A stretch of DNA of 63,168 nucleotides, counting the filler. It is 9 parts of 9 records of this genome, joined end to end, with 100 filler letters (N's around TTAATTAATTAA, not from the genome) between each part and the next. Parts side by side here need not be neighbours in the genome. Positions count along the whole stretch, not along the records: positions 38,624 to 44,891 come from SRR31147125_6360; positions 44,992 to 51,069 come from SRR31147125_6371; positions 51,170 to 57,003 come from SRR31147125_6390; 6 more parts are not named here. One strand, written 5' to 3'. The translations under genes and the position numbers were made by a program. How positions within the stretch are numbered: position 1 is the stretch's first letter; each line of letters opens with the position of its first letter. Below the pieces are notes generated by a model. The model did not search any database and had not been told where the DNA came from. It saw only the letters and a program-made list of their open reading frames with translations. Of this stretch, positions 40,760 to 51,205 are shown in pieces.

Positions 40760-42553
40760 CTATCTTTTTTCGATTGCGCCAAATGGACACTTTTCCAAAC
40801 AAGCTCCACACTTAATACACTTGTCCTGATCAATCTCGAAAGGCGACTTAACTTCACCAGAGATTGCGCCAACTGGGCAAACCTTAGCGCACAGTGAACA
40901 ACCGCGACACTTGTCTTTGTCAATAATAATCTGAAGTAAATTCTTACACACCCCAGAAGGACACCTTTTTTCGTTGATATGAGCTTCATACTCATCACGG
41001 AAGTAGCGAATAGTTGAAAGAACGGGATTAGGCGCAGTTTGTCCTAATGCACACAATGCAGTGCTCTTGATAGTTGCAGCAAGTGCCTCAAGACGCTCTA
41101 AATCGCCAGGCTTACCTCTGCCTTCGCAAATAGCATCCAACATTTCAATCATGCGCTTTGTTCCTATACGGCAAGTCGGACATTTACCACAAGACTCATC
41201 TACTGTGAAGTCTAAGAAGTAACGCGCGATGTCTACCATACAGTTATCTTCGTCCATAACGATCATTCCACCCGAACCCATCATAGATCCGATTGCAATA
41301 AGGTTATCATAATCAATTTCGATATCTAGATTTTCAGCTGTAATACATCCGCCAGAAGGTCCACCTGTCTGAACAGCCTTGAACTCTTTACCGTTAGGAA
41401 TTCCACCGCCGATTTCATAGATAATCTCACGCAAAGTCGTTCCCATTGGAATTTCAACAAGCCCTGTATTTTCAATTTTTCCACCTAGAGCAAATACTTT
41501 TGTTCCTTTACTCTTTTCAGTACCCATAGATGCAAACCAGTCAGCACCCTTTAAGATAATCTGAGGAATATTTGCAAACGTTTCAACGTTATTCAAAACT
41601 GTTGGACGTCCAAACAATCCCTTAACTGCTGGGAATGGAGGACGAGGTCTTGGCTCACCACGATGACCTTCAATTGATGCCATAAGCGCAGTCTCTTCAC
41701 CACATACGAATGCGCCAGATCCAAGACGAATCTCTAGATCGAAATCAAAGCCTGAACCGAAAACATCTTTCCCAAGCAAACCATATTCTTTTGCCTGATC
41801 AATTGCAATCTGCAGACGTTTAACAGCGATTGGATATTCAGCACGAACATAAATATAACCCTGTGAAGCGCCAATTGCATACCCAGCTATTGCCATTGCC
41901 TCAATTACAACATGAGGATCGCCTTCAAGAACAGACCTGTCCATGAATGCACCAGGGTCACCTTCGTCAGCGTTACATACTATATATTTCTGCCCTTCTC
42001 CGCCAGTAGCAAAACTCCACTTAACACCTGTTGGGAATCCTCCGCCTCCACGACCACGAAGACCAGAAGCTTTTATTGTATCTACAACATCACTTGGCTG
42101 CATTTCAGTAAGAACCTTACCAAGAGCTTTGTAACCATCTAACGCGATATATTCATCAATAATCTCAGGATTAATAACACCACAATTACGTAATGCTACA
42201 CGCTTTTGTTTCTTATAGAAATCAACCTTGTCCAAAGACTTGATTGTGTTTTCGTCAGTTACGCTGCCCTCATATAGCAAGCGAGATACAATGCGTCCCT
42301 TTAGTAAGTGCTCCTCAACAATCTCATCAACATCATCAACAGTCACATGACTATAAAACGATCCCTCAGGATATACTATAACTATTGGTCCCATAGCACA
42401 TAGACCAAAACACCCTGTCTGAACTACTTGAACTTCTTTATCTAACCCTTTTTCGCCAATAACCTCATTAAAACGGCTTAAAATGCCAGGCGAATCTGAA
42501 GATGTACATCCCGTACCATGGCATATCAACACATGGGAACGATAGAATTCCAT
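40760..42553 (-). CDS. NuoF-like flavin subunit of NAD-dependent [FeFe]-hydrogenase (HydB/HndC)
   Basis: N-terminal [2Fe-2S] Cys motif, LRGRGGGGFP, NADEGDPGAFMD, CGEETAL, GGPSGG, ESCGKC, two C-terminal [4Fe-4S] motifs. Confidence 0.93.
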   Translation of the reverse strand: MEFYRSHVLICHGTGCTSSDSPGILSRFNEVIGEKGLDKEVQVVQTGCFGLCAMGPIVIVYPEGSFYSHVTVDDVDEIVEEHLLKGRIVSRLLYEGSVTDENTIKSLDKVDFYKKQKRVALRNCGVINPEIIDEYIALDGYKALGKVLTEMQPSDVVDTIKASGLRGRGGGGFPTGVKWSFATGGEGQKYIVCNADEGDPGAFMDRSVLEGDPHVVIEAMAIAGYAIGASQGYIYVRAEYPIAVKRLQIAIDQAKEYGLLGKDVFGSGFDFDLEIRLGSGAFVCGEETALMASIEGHRGEPRPRPPFPAVKGLFGRPTVLNNVETFANIPQIILKGADWFASMGTEKSKGTKVFALGGKIENTGLVEIPMGTTLREIIYEIGGGIPNGKEFKAVQTGGPSGGCITAENLDIEIDYDNLIAIGSMMGSGGMIVMDEDNCMVDIARYFLDFTVDESCGKCPTCRIGTKRMIEMLDAICEGRGKPGDLERLEALAATIKSTALCALGQTAPNPVLSTIRYFRDEYEAHINEKRCPSGVCKNLLQIIIDKDKCRGCSLCAKVCPVGAISGEVKSPFEIDQDKCIKCGACLEKCPFGAIEKR

Positions 42554-42601
42554 GTTTTCTCCTCCTCAACACTCGAAAATTGATTTAAATCCTTATACTA
42601 T

Positions 42602-42964
42602 CTAGAACTTGCCAATCGTCTGCTCAACAACAACATTATCATTGACGATATGCTCAGCTACAACTTTGCTTGCAAGTTCAGGAGTCATATTTACATATGT
42701 TACTTTTTCCTGACCAGGCTTATACACCTCAACCATAGGCTCGAATTTACACATTCCAATACAACCAGTCTGCGAAACAATAACGTCTGAAAGATTACGC
42801 TTTTGCACTTCTTCCATCAACTTGAGCAAAACTGGACGCGCGCCTGCAGCAATACCGCAAGTTGCCATACCAACAACAATACGCGTGCCTTCATGCTCTT
42901 TTCTTAGGTTCATGTTATCCAATGTATTAGCTCTTATTGCCTCGAGCTCTTTTAAAGATTTCAT
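42602..42964 (-). CDS. Thioredoxin-like [2Fe-2S] ferredoxin (HydD/HndB)
   Basis: VGMATCGIAAGA, TGCIGMCKFEP; GGAGG RBS before the ATG at 42964. Confidence 0.9.
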   Translation of the reverse strand: MKSLKELEAIRANTLDNMNLRKEHEGTRIVVGMATCGIAAGARPVLLKLMEEVQKRNLSDVIVSQTGCIGMCKFEPMVEVYKPGQEKVTYVNMTPELASKVVAEHIVNDNVVVEQTIGKF

Positions 42965-42968
42965 AAAA

Positions 42969-43520
42969 TCAGACACCTCCAAAAAGTTCATCTTCACCCT
43001 CGTGAAGGTATTCACGAATCCATTCTTGAACCGCTGGCGAATTTAGTGATACTTCACTACCTAACACCTCTCGTAACTGACGAATGTCCAAGATAAACTC
43101 ATTTCCATTATACTTTCGGATATATTCAAAATCTATATCCGGATTACAAATCACCAATGCTTGAATGGTTCCAGCCATGTCGCCAATAGGCGGACGATCT
43201 ATATGTGACAATTTATATGTCGCACAAAGACTAGTACCTTTACCCAGTTCAGAATTGATGATAAAATCACCACCCGCTTGCTTAGCCCCCTGCATAAAAA
43301 GAGGAATTCCTAAACCAACATTTCGTGTTGTGCGAGTTGTCACAAAAGGATTCGTTACCTTGTTCAAAAACTCTTTTGTCATTCCTTTTCCGTTATCTTC
43401 AATAACGATACTCAAAACGTCTAAAGAAATGTTTTCGTCCACTATTATCTTAATAAAAGTGGCGCTTGCACTTAAAGAGTTCTCGACTATGTCTAAAACA
43501 TGTAACGATATCTCTTCCAT
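42969..43520 (-). CDS. HATPase-domain protein of hydrogenase clusters
   Basis: SLHVLDIVENS, DNGKGM, PFVTTRTTR, GLGIP. Confidence 0.85.
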   Translation of the reverse strand: MEEISLHVLDIVENSLSASATFIKIIVDENISLDVLSIVIEDNGKGMTKEFLNKVTNPFVTTRTTRNVGLGIPLFMQGAKQAGGDFIINSELGKGTSLCATYKLSHIDRPPIGDMAGTIQALVICNPDIDFEYIRKYNGNEFILDIRQLREVLGSEVSLNSPAVQEWIREYLHEGEDELFGGV

Positions 43521-43539
43521 GGGCTTGCAGCCTCCTAGC

Positions 43540-43998
43540 TTAGTACTTCTTTAAAATATCAGGTACATCTTTTGCTTCCAATCTACCATAAACGTTTTCA
43601 TTAATGGTAATAACTGGAGCTAGTCCGCAACAACCCAAGCAACGTGTTCCCTCTAGCGTGAACTTACCATCGCTAGTAGTTTTCCCAACTTCAATATCCA
43701 GTTCCTTTTGCAAGCGATCCATAACGTCCTGAGCACCCTTAACATAGCAAGCGGTTCCTAGACATACGCTAACAACGTTCTCTCCCTTTGGTTCAAGAGC
43801 GAACAAAGAATAAAAGGTTGATACACCATAAACATCCGTCATTGGTATATCCATTTTCTCTGCAATAAAATTCTGCACCTCAAATGGAATCGCACCAAAG
43901 ATGTCCTGTGCCTTTTGCATAACTGGCATTAACGGTCCTTTTACGTCCTTGTGCTCGTCGATTACAGCTTGCAGCTGATCGAACTTTTCCTGATTCAT
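43540..43998 (-). CDS. NuoE-like [2Fe-2S] subunit (HydC/HndA)
   Basis: CLGTACYVKG, RCLGCCGLAP. Confidence 0.92.
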   Translation of the reverse strand: MNQEKFDQLQAVIDEHKDVKGPLMPVMQKAQDIFGAIPFEVQNFIAEKMDIPMTDVYGVSTFYSLFALEPKGENVVSVCLGTACYVKGAQDVMDRLQKELDIEVGKTTSDGKFTLEGTRCLGCCGLAPVITINENVYGRLEAKDVPDILKKY

Positions 43999-44157
43999 CC
44001 CGACAACCTCCTTCAAAGAATAAAAGTGAACTCATATATAATGACTTATAAATAGCATCATAACCTTGAATATTTTAGCATACTTCGTCAAAAAATGCAC
44101 TATTTTTCGCCAATCTTATATATACAATTATTTCTAAACGCAATTTTTGCGTCTACT

Positions 44158-44865
44158 TCACCCAATCACCTTAGTTTTCAGCCATTTTATTATGCCTTTT
44201 GCCGACCTTTCTTCCACCTCGATAAACTGCTCACTTTCAAGAATATCTTCTAAACGATGAGCATCAGAAGCATAAATCACATTGTACTTACTTAAATCAA
44301 TATCATGACTAAACCCTTTTCTAAATATCTCCAGTGTAGTAAACTCCACACTTTGCGGCAAAAACCCTAAGTTGTTTAAGATTGAGTTAGCACCTTTATT
44401 GATATGAGCAGGAACAACCACCCCACCCATTTTCAATACCATTTCTACAATTTCCTCAATACTAAGTTGTATCGATTGTAACAATAGCTTAGGTTCATGG
44501 TCTACAAACTCGTCATCTTTATCCAAAATACTCTGTTCCCCAAACACTTCAGCATTATTTTTTATATCAGGTAAGTATTCGTATATATCATCACCAAAGC
44601 TAATTGCATCATCAACCGTTCCAAAATAACACAATAAATGTACTTCTTCTTTGCTCTGTACCTCTAAAGCAGGAAGTAAAATCACATCTCTCATATCAGC
44701 AATAACTTTTGCAGCTGGCAGATTCTTTGCACTATTATGGTCTGCTATTGCAATAGCATCTAATTGCTTAATATACGCCATATTAACAACATTGTTTGGC
44801 GTCATAAGCATATCACCACACGGCGACAAACAACTATGCATATGAAGGTCTATCGAAATTCTCAT
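44158..44865 (-). CDS. PHP-domain phosphoesterase
   Basis: DLHMHSCLSPC, DHN, AHI, SDAH. Confidence 0.9.
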   Translation of the reverse strand: MRISIDLHMHSCLSPCGDMLMTPNNVVNMAYIKQLDAIAIADHNSAKNLPAAKVIADMRDVILLPALEVQSKEEVHLLCYFGTVDDAISFGDDIYEYLPDIKNNAEVFGEQSILDKDDEFVDHEPKLLLQSIQLSIEEIVEMVLKMGGVVVPAHINKGANSILNNLGFLPQSVEFTTLEIFRKGFSHDIDLSKYNVIYASDAHRLEDILESEQFIEVEERSAKGIIKWLKTKVIG

Positions 44866-44891
44866 ATATTAAGCTCCGACTACTCCATTTG

Positions 44892-44991
44892 NNNNNNNNN
44901 NNNNNNNNNNNNNNNNNNNNNNNNNNNNNNNNNNNTTAATTAATTAANNNNNNNNNNNNNNNNNNNNNNNNNNNNNNNNNNNNNNNNNNNN
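44892..44991. other. Artificial contig spacer
   Basis: N-linker-N. Confidence 0.99.
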
Positions 44992-46026
44992 GGATTTTTT
45001 GAGCATTTTGGTTTAGATGCCATCGACTGGCAAATGGCTTATAAATTTGACCCAAAACGAGGCGAATACTACGATCCCGAACATACAGAGATGGGGTTTC
45101 TGGAAGCAAGGCGCGTAATGTCGGATAACTGGATTATTAAAATTGAAAAGTTGGAAGGTTACAGTTACCCAACGCAACGTTTTAATATTGTAACTCCTGA
45201 AAAAACCTTGTCAATGGTTTTGCAATCGAATGAGCACACAACCTGGGTAAAAGAGCATTTGTTGAAGGAAAAATCGGATATTGACATTATTACCAAATAC
45301 ATGACTTATCCTTTGTGCGATGTGGAGCAGGTTAATAAAAAGGCTGATGAGTTCGGTGATAAAGGATTAATTCGCGGACACATTATGGCTTTCGAAGGTT
45401 TTGGGCAACCGGGGTGCTGGCAAGATGCCGCTTGCCTTTTTGGTATTCAGGAGCTTATAATGGCAACTTTTGAAGACCCGGAGTGGGTGCATACATTTCT
45501 GAAAATCCTTTACGATCGTAAAAAAGTTTATATCGATTCGTTGAAAGGTGCAAAATACGATGTGCTTGAGTTGGGCGGCGGCGATGCTTCAACCACTGTT
45601 ATTTCTCCCGATATTTTTGATGATTTTGTGGCTCCTTACGATGCCCCGCTTATTGAAGCAGCACATAATGCCGGGCAACGCATTTCGTATCATACATGCG
45701 GAGGAATGATGCCGATTCTTGAAAACATAGCAGCTATGAAACCCAATGCGATGGAAACGTTTACTCCCGTTGGAATGGGAGCAGATGTTGATTTGGCTGA
45801 GGCAAAACGTAGAATTGGTGACAAAGTCTGTATGATTGGAGGATTCGACCAGTTTCATTTTTTTAAAGACTGTACCGAAGAGCAAACCCGTGCCGAAGTG
45901 CGACGTTGCTTTGAAGCTGCCGGCGAGGGTGGTGGCTTTATAATTTCGCCATCCGACCACTTTTTTGATGCTGACCTTAATCTCATTCGCGCCTATGCCG
46001 ATGAAGCACGAAAGTGTGTTTGTTAA
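44992..46026 (+). CDS. Uroporphyrinogen decarboxylase/MtaA-CmuA family protein, 5' partial
   Basis: ISPDIFDDFVAPY, YHTCG, MIGGFD, GGFIISPSDH. Confidence 0.85.
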   Translation, partial: GFFEHFGLDAIDWQMAYKFDPKRGEYYDPEHTEMGFLEARRVMSDNWIIKIEKLEGYSYPTQRFNIVTPEKTLSMVLQSNEHTTWVKEHLLKEKSDIDIITKYMTYPLCDVEQVNKKADEFGDKGLIRGHIMAFEGFGQPGCWQDAACLFGIQELIMATFEDPEWVHTFLKILYDRKKVYIDSLKGAKYDVLELGGGDASTTVISPDIFDDFVAPYDAPLIEAAHNAGQRISYHTCGGMMPILENIAAMKPNAMETFTPVGMGADVDLAEAKRRIGDKVCMIGGFDQFHFFKDCTEEQTRAEVRRCFEAAGEGGGFIISPSDHFFDADLNLIRAYADEARKCVC

Positions 46027-46062
46027 TCTACCTGACAATATTGAGAAAATAAAACAATAAAT

Positions 46063-49000
46063 ATGAATTCCAGAATTTTTCAAATTATAGTATTGGCATT
46101 TTGTACGCTTTTTCCAGTGTTTGGAGCGGCTAATGAAACTGAAGAAGAAACAGTAAAAGTATTTTCAACGTCCGTTGTAAAACGAAACAACGGAAATACA
46201 CAACAGCTGGGTATTATTGAAATTGCCGACAGGTCGATTAAAGCTATTGATGTGGAATTGAAATTTCCGAACGAAACAATAAATCTTCAGTTTCCAAATC
46301 TTGAAGAAAAGTTTCATACAGTTTCTTTCGAATTTCCGGAACTGAAAGAACGAGTTTTGGTTCAAGTAAAAGTGACACAAAAAGACACTGTTCTTTTCGA
46401 AGATGTTGTACAGTTAAATCCGCCTAAAACCTGGAAAATTTACGATGTGCAGGTTTCGCATCACGATTTAGGTTATGCCGATTATTACCACATGATGCGC
46501 CGCGATGTGCGCGAAATGGGAATTGAAATGGCAATGGAATTTGCTCGTAAAACCGATAGCTGGCCCAAAGAAAGTCAGTTTCACTGGACGGTTGAGACAA
46601 GCGAACCAATGATTCAGTATTTGTCAAAGCAGCCAGAAAGTATTTTAACTGAATTGTTAGAACGGATTGAAAAAGGTCAAATATCGCTTGGTGGGATTCA
46701 CAATTCTATAACAACTGAGCATTTGGGCTACGAAGCCATGGCACGCCAGTTTTATACTCCCAACCGTTATGTTTGCGATTGGTTTAATACCGAGCCATCG
46801 AAAACAGCTCTTAACGACGATATTGTAGGATTTTCGAGGGCACTGGCAATGTACAGCAAAGAAGCCGATATTCCTTACTTTATGTTTGGTCGTAATTCAA
46901 CGGTTGATGCATTCGATAAGGCAGAAGATGATATGGCATTTTACTGGCAATCGCCGGATAAAGATTCTAAAATGACCCTTTTCAAAGTATGGCATTATTA
47001 TTCGCCCGATCGTTTGAGTAAATACGACTTGCCGGAGATAGCTGCGCTTTGCGAGCGATACGAATCACATAAAAACTATCCGTTCTCTTGTATTCTTGCC
47101 GAAGACAGTTATGATTTTGGTATGCCTGAATTTGAAAATGTTGAGGGTATCAAAAAGTGGAATGAAGAATATGCTAATCCTGTTCTTGTCTCGGGAACAT
47201 TCGATATGTATTTTGATGATTTGAACAGTCAACAGGATAAAGAATCGTTTAAAACATATGATAAAGATGTACCCAATGCCTGGGCTGATGAAGATTTAAC
47301 CGATGTGGAATTTGCCAATAAAGCCCGGAGACTTCAATCGAATTTACCTGCGGCAGAAAAGTGGGCAACCATAGCTTCTTCGGTGGCGGCAAAAACATAT
47401 CCATGGCTCGATGTTTACCAGGCATACCACAGTTTGTTAATGTGGGGCGAGCACACCAACGGAGCTTACGCCGAAGGACCAATATATGTGCCTCCATCGT
47501 TAGATGACCCAACAGCTGCCAATGCCACCTATTATGAATTGGAGCAGGAAATGCATCGCGACCTGGTGCGCGAAAGTGAACAATTCACCAATAAAGTTGA
47601 AGCCATTGCAAACTCTCAGCTCGAAAGCCAGATTACTACCCATACAAAAAATACATTGGTGGTTAAAAACGCTTTGGTTCGCAAACGTTCCGATGTGGTT
47701 TATGTTGATGTACCAAAGGACAAAGGTTTAAAAACAATTGTTGATAATACAACTGGTGATGAAGTTTCGTTTCAATATGTAAGCAAGCAGAAAGTTGTGT
47801 TTTATGCAACAGATGTTCCATCGATGGGATACAAAACCTATGCTTTGGAATTTTCAAAAAATAAAGCTTTTTCCGATTTTATAACTGTTCAGAATCCAAA
47901 AATTGAGAACGACTTTTATGTGTTGGAATTCGACTCAAAATCAGGTGGAATTAAATCCTTATTCGATAAGAAATTGAACCGGGAGTTGGTTGACCAAAAG
48001 GCACAATTTAAATTGAATGAATATTATTACGAGCGTTTTGAGACAAATTCGTATAACGACAGTATTAAAAAATACCAGCCCGAAAGTGCTTCTTTTGAAA
48101 TGTTAGCAGGCCCTTTGGCAACCGTGGTGATTTCAAAAGTGACAGCCACGGGAGCAGAGAATATTGTGCAAAAAGTAACGATTTACAAAAACAGCAAGCG
48201 AATCGATTTTGAAGTAACTTTCGATAAAGATGATTCAGGCAGAACCTTGCAGGACTACCGAAATTATTCAGCAATTGGGAAAGAAGGTCTGTTTTATTGT
48301 TTGCCGTTCGATATTCCGAATTTTACTATTCAGCATGAGCTGGCTGGTGGAGTTATGGAGCCCATTGAAGACCAGTTTGAAGGTTCTTCAACCGATTATT
48401 ACGGCATTCAGAATTTTTCCGATATTTCGAATAATGAATGGGGAATTACCCTGGCAACCATCGAACCAAATTTGATAGAATACGGTAAACCCCGACCTGC
48501 CTGTTGGAGCAAAGGAGACGATTACGAGCATATTATGAAAAAGGCAGAAGACAGCCATTTTTATCTGTATTTGTTGAATAATATGTTTTTTACCAACGTT
48601 AGGCAATCTCAACCTGGGCCAAAGAAATTCCGATGGTCGGTAAGGAGTCATGCCGGGAACTGGGAAGGCGGAAAGGCTTATCTGTTTGGGCGAGATTTTG
48701 CCAATCCATTAACAACAACAATTGTATGTGAGAAGAGGAATGGAACTTTACCACCAAGTTCAATGGCTTTTATTGAGATGGATTCGGAGAGTATTTTGTG
48801 TTCGACCATAAAACCTGCCGAAGCCAATGGCGAAGGTTATATTATACGTTTTGTTGAGCAAAGCGGCAAAGAACAAACGGTAAGGGTAAAAGCTAATTTT
48901 ATTGATAAAATTCAGGGTGCTAATTTTACAAATCTTGTTGAAGTTGACCGCGATTATCCGCTGGATATTTTGGGAGAAAACAGTTTTAAATTTACAATTC

Positions 49001-50466
49001 CGGCTTTTGGTTTGCGTACGATACGAGTTGTGCCTGCAAAGCAGCAAGTTCCTAAAATTAAACAGTTAAAAGCCAAAGCAATTGCCGACCGAATGGTGAA
49101 ATTGAACTGGGATTTAACAGCGGGAGAAAGAAAGTCAATTGCCTATTATAAGATTTACAGAAGTACCGAATCTGATTTTGCACCATCATCAAAAACATAT
49201 ATTGGCAATACCGATTTGTTGGAATTTACTGATGTCCCCGTACTAAATGTAAAAGGTTGGCAAAGCAACAATATTCAACCCGAAACAAAATATTATTATA
49301 AAATTCAACCCATTGGAGTTGGCAACAGAATTGGAAAAATTTCGAATGAAATTGCTGTAGAAACGAAAAAATCGACAGAGCGAAACCTAAAACCAATTGC
49401 AGTGCAAAGTTTGATTTCTACGCTTGTAAGTTCAATTACCAATCATAACTATGTGGGATTATATTTTTATTCCAATATTGAGGACGATGTTAATAAATAT
49501 GTTATTTACCGAAGCTCAGAAAAGGGCTTTACTCCGAAGCAGTCGGATATAATTGCCGAAATGGATGTTACGCAGAAAATAAAACATGTAACACCTCATG
49601 GTTTTGCCGAGGTTACCCGACCTTTAAAGGCATATAACCGCCAGCTTTTTGTTGATGAAGAGGTGCAACCTTTCGAAACCTATTATTACAAAGTTGCAGC
49701 AAAGGACGATGCCGGTCAAATAGGTGAATCTTCCACAGAAACAAGCACAAGCACAGGGATTGGTTATCTGCGAATTTCGGGCGAAACATCGTTTCGCAAA
49801 AATACCGAAGCCGTAATTCACAATCCAAACAACAACGATTGGGAAATTAGGTATACCACCGACGGAACGCTTCCAACAAAAAGTTCGACATTATATACTA
49901 ATCCTGTAAAAATAAGTGATGATTTGGTAGTAACAGCTTCGTTGTTTTTACCGCAAAATGATAATGGAGTAGGAACCATTGAACAAGAATTTCAGAAGGT
50001 GAAAGACTACAAAGTTACATACCATTCGAAATATGATGATAAATGGCAAGGGGCTGGCGACGTTACATTAATCGACTACTATCGTGGAGAGGAAAGTTTG
50101 GGGCACCGTTGGCAGGGATTTAAGGTTAATGACCTGGATATAACCATCGATATGAAAGAACCGCAAGAGATAGAATCGCTTGCGGTTGGTTGTTTGCAAA
50201 ACGTTGGAAACTGGGTTTTCTTTCCTAATTATATTGAAGTTTCTACTTCCGAAGACGGGAAAGACTTTCAAGCAGTTGGACGTTTAGAAACCATTAAAGA
50301 GTGGCAACGTCTGGTTTCGAAAACAGATGATTTGACCGTTGCTTTTCCAAAAACAAAATGCCGGTACATAAAAGTTTTTGCAAAAAATATTGGTTACAAT
50401 CCGGTGTGGCACAACTTTTCGGGAAGCGAAGCCTGGTTATTTGTGGATGAGATAGTGATAAAATAA
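46063..50466 (+). CDS. Secreted GH38-like glycoside hydrolase with FN3, CHB_HEX_C-like and discoidin domains
   Basis: Signal peptide, SHHDLGY, WGEHT, DVPSMGYKTY, FN3 YYKVAAKD, IRYTTDGTLP, WLFVDEI. Confidence 0.8.
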   Translation: MNSRIFQIIVLAFCTLFPVFGAANETEEETVKVFSTSVVKRNNGNTQQLGIIEIADRSIKAIDVELKFPNETINLQFPNLEEKFHTVSFEFPELKERVLVQVKVTQKDTVLFEDVVQLNPPKTWKIYDVQVSHHDLGYADYYHMMRRDVREMGIEMAMEFARKTDSWPKESQFHWTVETSEPMIQYLSKQPESILTELLERIEKGQISLGGIHNSITTEHLGYEAMARQFYTPNRYVCDWFNTEPSKTALNDDIVGFSRALAMYSKEADIPYFMFGRNSTVDAFDKAEDDMAFYWQSPDKDSKMTLFKVWHYYSPDRLSKYDLPEIAALCERYESHKNYPFSCILAEDSYDFGMPEFENVEGIKKWNEEYANPVLVSGTFDMYFDDLNSQQDKESFKTYDKDVPNAWADEDLTDVEFANKARRLQSNLPAAEKWATIASSVAAKTYPWLDVYQAYHSLLMWGEHTNGAYAEGPIYVPPSLDDPTAANATYYELEQEMHRDLVRESEQFTNKVEAIANSQLESQITTHTKNTLVVKNALVRKRSDVVYVDVPKDKGLKTIVDNTTGDEVSFQYVSKQKVVFYATDVPSMGYKTYALEFSKNKAFSDFITVQNPKIENDFYVLEFDSKSGGIKSLFDKKLNRELVDQKAQFKLNEYYYERFETNSYNDSIKKYQPESASFEMLAGPLATVVISKVTATGAENIVQKVTIYKNSKRIDFEVTFDKDDSGRTLQDYRNYSAIGKEGLFYCLPFDIPNFTIQHELAGGVMEPIEDQFEGSSTDYYGIQNFSDISNNEWGITLATIEPNLIEYGKPRPACWSKGDDYEHIMKKAEDSHFYLYLLNNMFFTNVRQSQPGPKKFRWSVRSHAGNWEGGKAYLFGRDFANPLTTTIVCEKRNGTLPPSSMAFIEMDSESILCSTIKPAEANGEGYIIRFVEQSGKEQTVRVKANFIDKIQGANFTNLVEVDRDYPLDILGENSFKFTIPAFGLRTIRVVPAKQQVPKIKQLKAKAIADRMVKLNWDLTAGERKSIAYYKIYRSTESDFAPSSKTYIGNTDLLEFTDVPVLNVKGWQSNNIQPETKYYYKIQPIGVGNRIGKISNEIAVETKKSTERNLKPIAVQSLISTLVSSITNHNYVGLYFYSNIEDDVNKYVIYRSSEKGFTPKQSDIIAEMDVTQKIKHVTPHGFAEVTRPLKAYNRQLFVDEEVQPFETYYYKVAAKDDAGQIGESSTETSTSTGIGYLRISGETSFRKNTEAVIHNPNNNDWEIRYTTDGTLPTKSSTLYTNPVKISDDLVVTASLFLPQNDNGVGTIEQEFQKVKDYKVTYHSKYDDKWQGAGDVTLIDYYRGEESLGHRWQGFKVNDLDITIDMKEPQEIESLAVGCLQNVGNWVFFPNYIEVSTSEDGKDFQAVGRLETIKEWQRLVSKTDDLTVAFPKTKCRYIKVFAKNIGYNPVWHNFSGSEAWLFVDEIVIK

Positions 50467-50508
50467 CGAATTTTTACAATTGACTAACACGTGTAAAATT
50501 ATAACCAA

Positions 50509-51069
50509 ATGAGGCACTTTCTTTTAATTATACTCTTTTTCACAGCACTGAGTTTGAAAGCTCAAATTGAAGCTGTTGATGTAGACAAAGGCGCAGAAAA
50601 CAGTAAGGTAACTGATATCGTGGTGGTTTTTAAAATGCATGTTGATATTGGTTATACCGATTGGGCTGAAGGGGTACTTCAAAAATATGCGGGCAGCATG
50701 TTGGATGAAACATTAAATTCAATAGAACAAACTTCTGCTTTGCCAAAGAATGAACAATTTGTTTGGACCATACCGGGCTGGCCACTAAAGTATATGCTTG
50801 AGAATTGTCCGGCAGATAAAAAGGCAAAACTTGAAAATGCTGTTGCCAGTGGTCGGATAGTTCCACATGCGTTGCCGGTAACTTTCGAAACCGAAGCCAG
50901 CGATATGGAAAGCCTGGTTCGTGGATTAGAAATAACTTCGGAAATTAATGCGAAATTTGGTTTGCCCGAAGCCCGCGATGCCAAGCTTACCGATGTACCT
51001 AGTCATTCAAGAACTTTGCCAACAGTGCTAAAAAATGCAGGCGTTGATTTTCTTCACTTGGGGTGTAAT
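50509..51069 (+). CDS. Second GH38-like hydrolase, 3' partial
   Basis: Signal peptide, VFKMHVDIGYTD, LTDVPSH, LHLGCN. Confidence 0.75.
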
Positions 51070-51169
51070 NNNNNNNNNNNNNNNNNNNNNNNNNNNNNNN
51101 NNNNNNNNNNNNNTTAATTAATTAANNNNNNNNNNNNNNNNNNNNNNNNNNNNNNNNNNNNNNNNNNNN
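51070..51169. other. Artificial contig spacer
   Basis: N-linker-N. Confidence 0.99.
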
Positions 51170-51205
51170 AAAAAGCTTAATATTTCACAATTGGTTAGAA
51201 TTTAA

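Noticed and set aside
45589-46083. 164-aa antisense ORF and similar shadow ORFs (e.g. 7402..7842, 8496..8906, 43165..43554, 14368..14733)
   Set aside because: They overlap well-supported genes and have no recognisable motifs.
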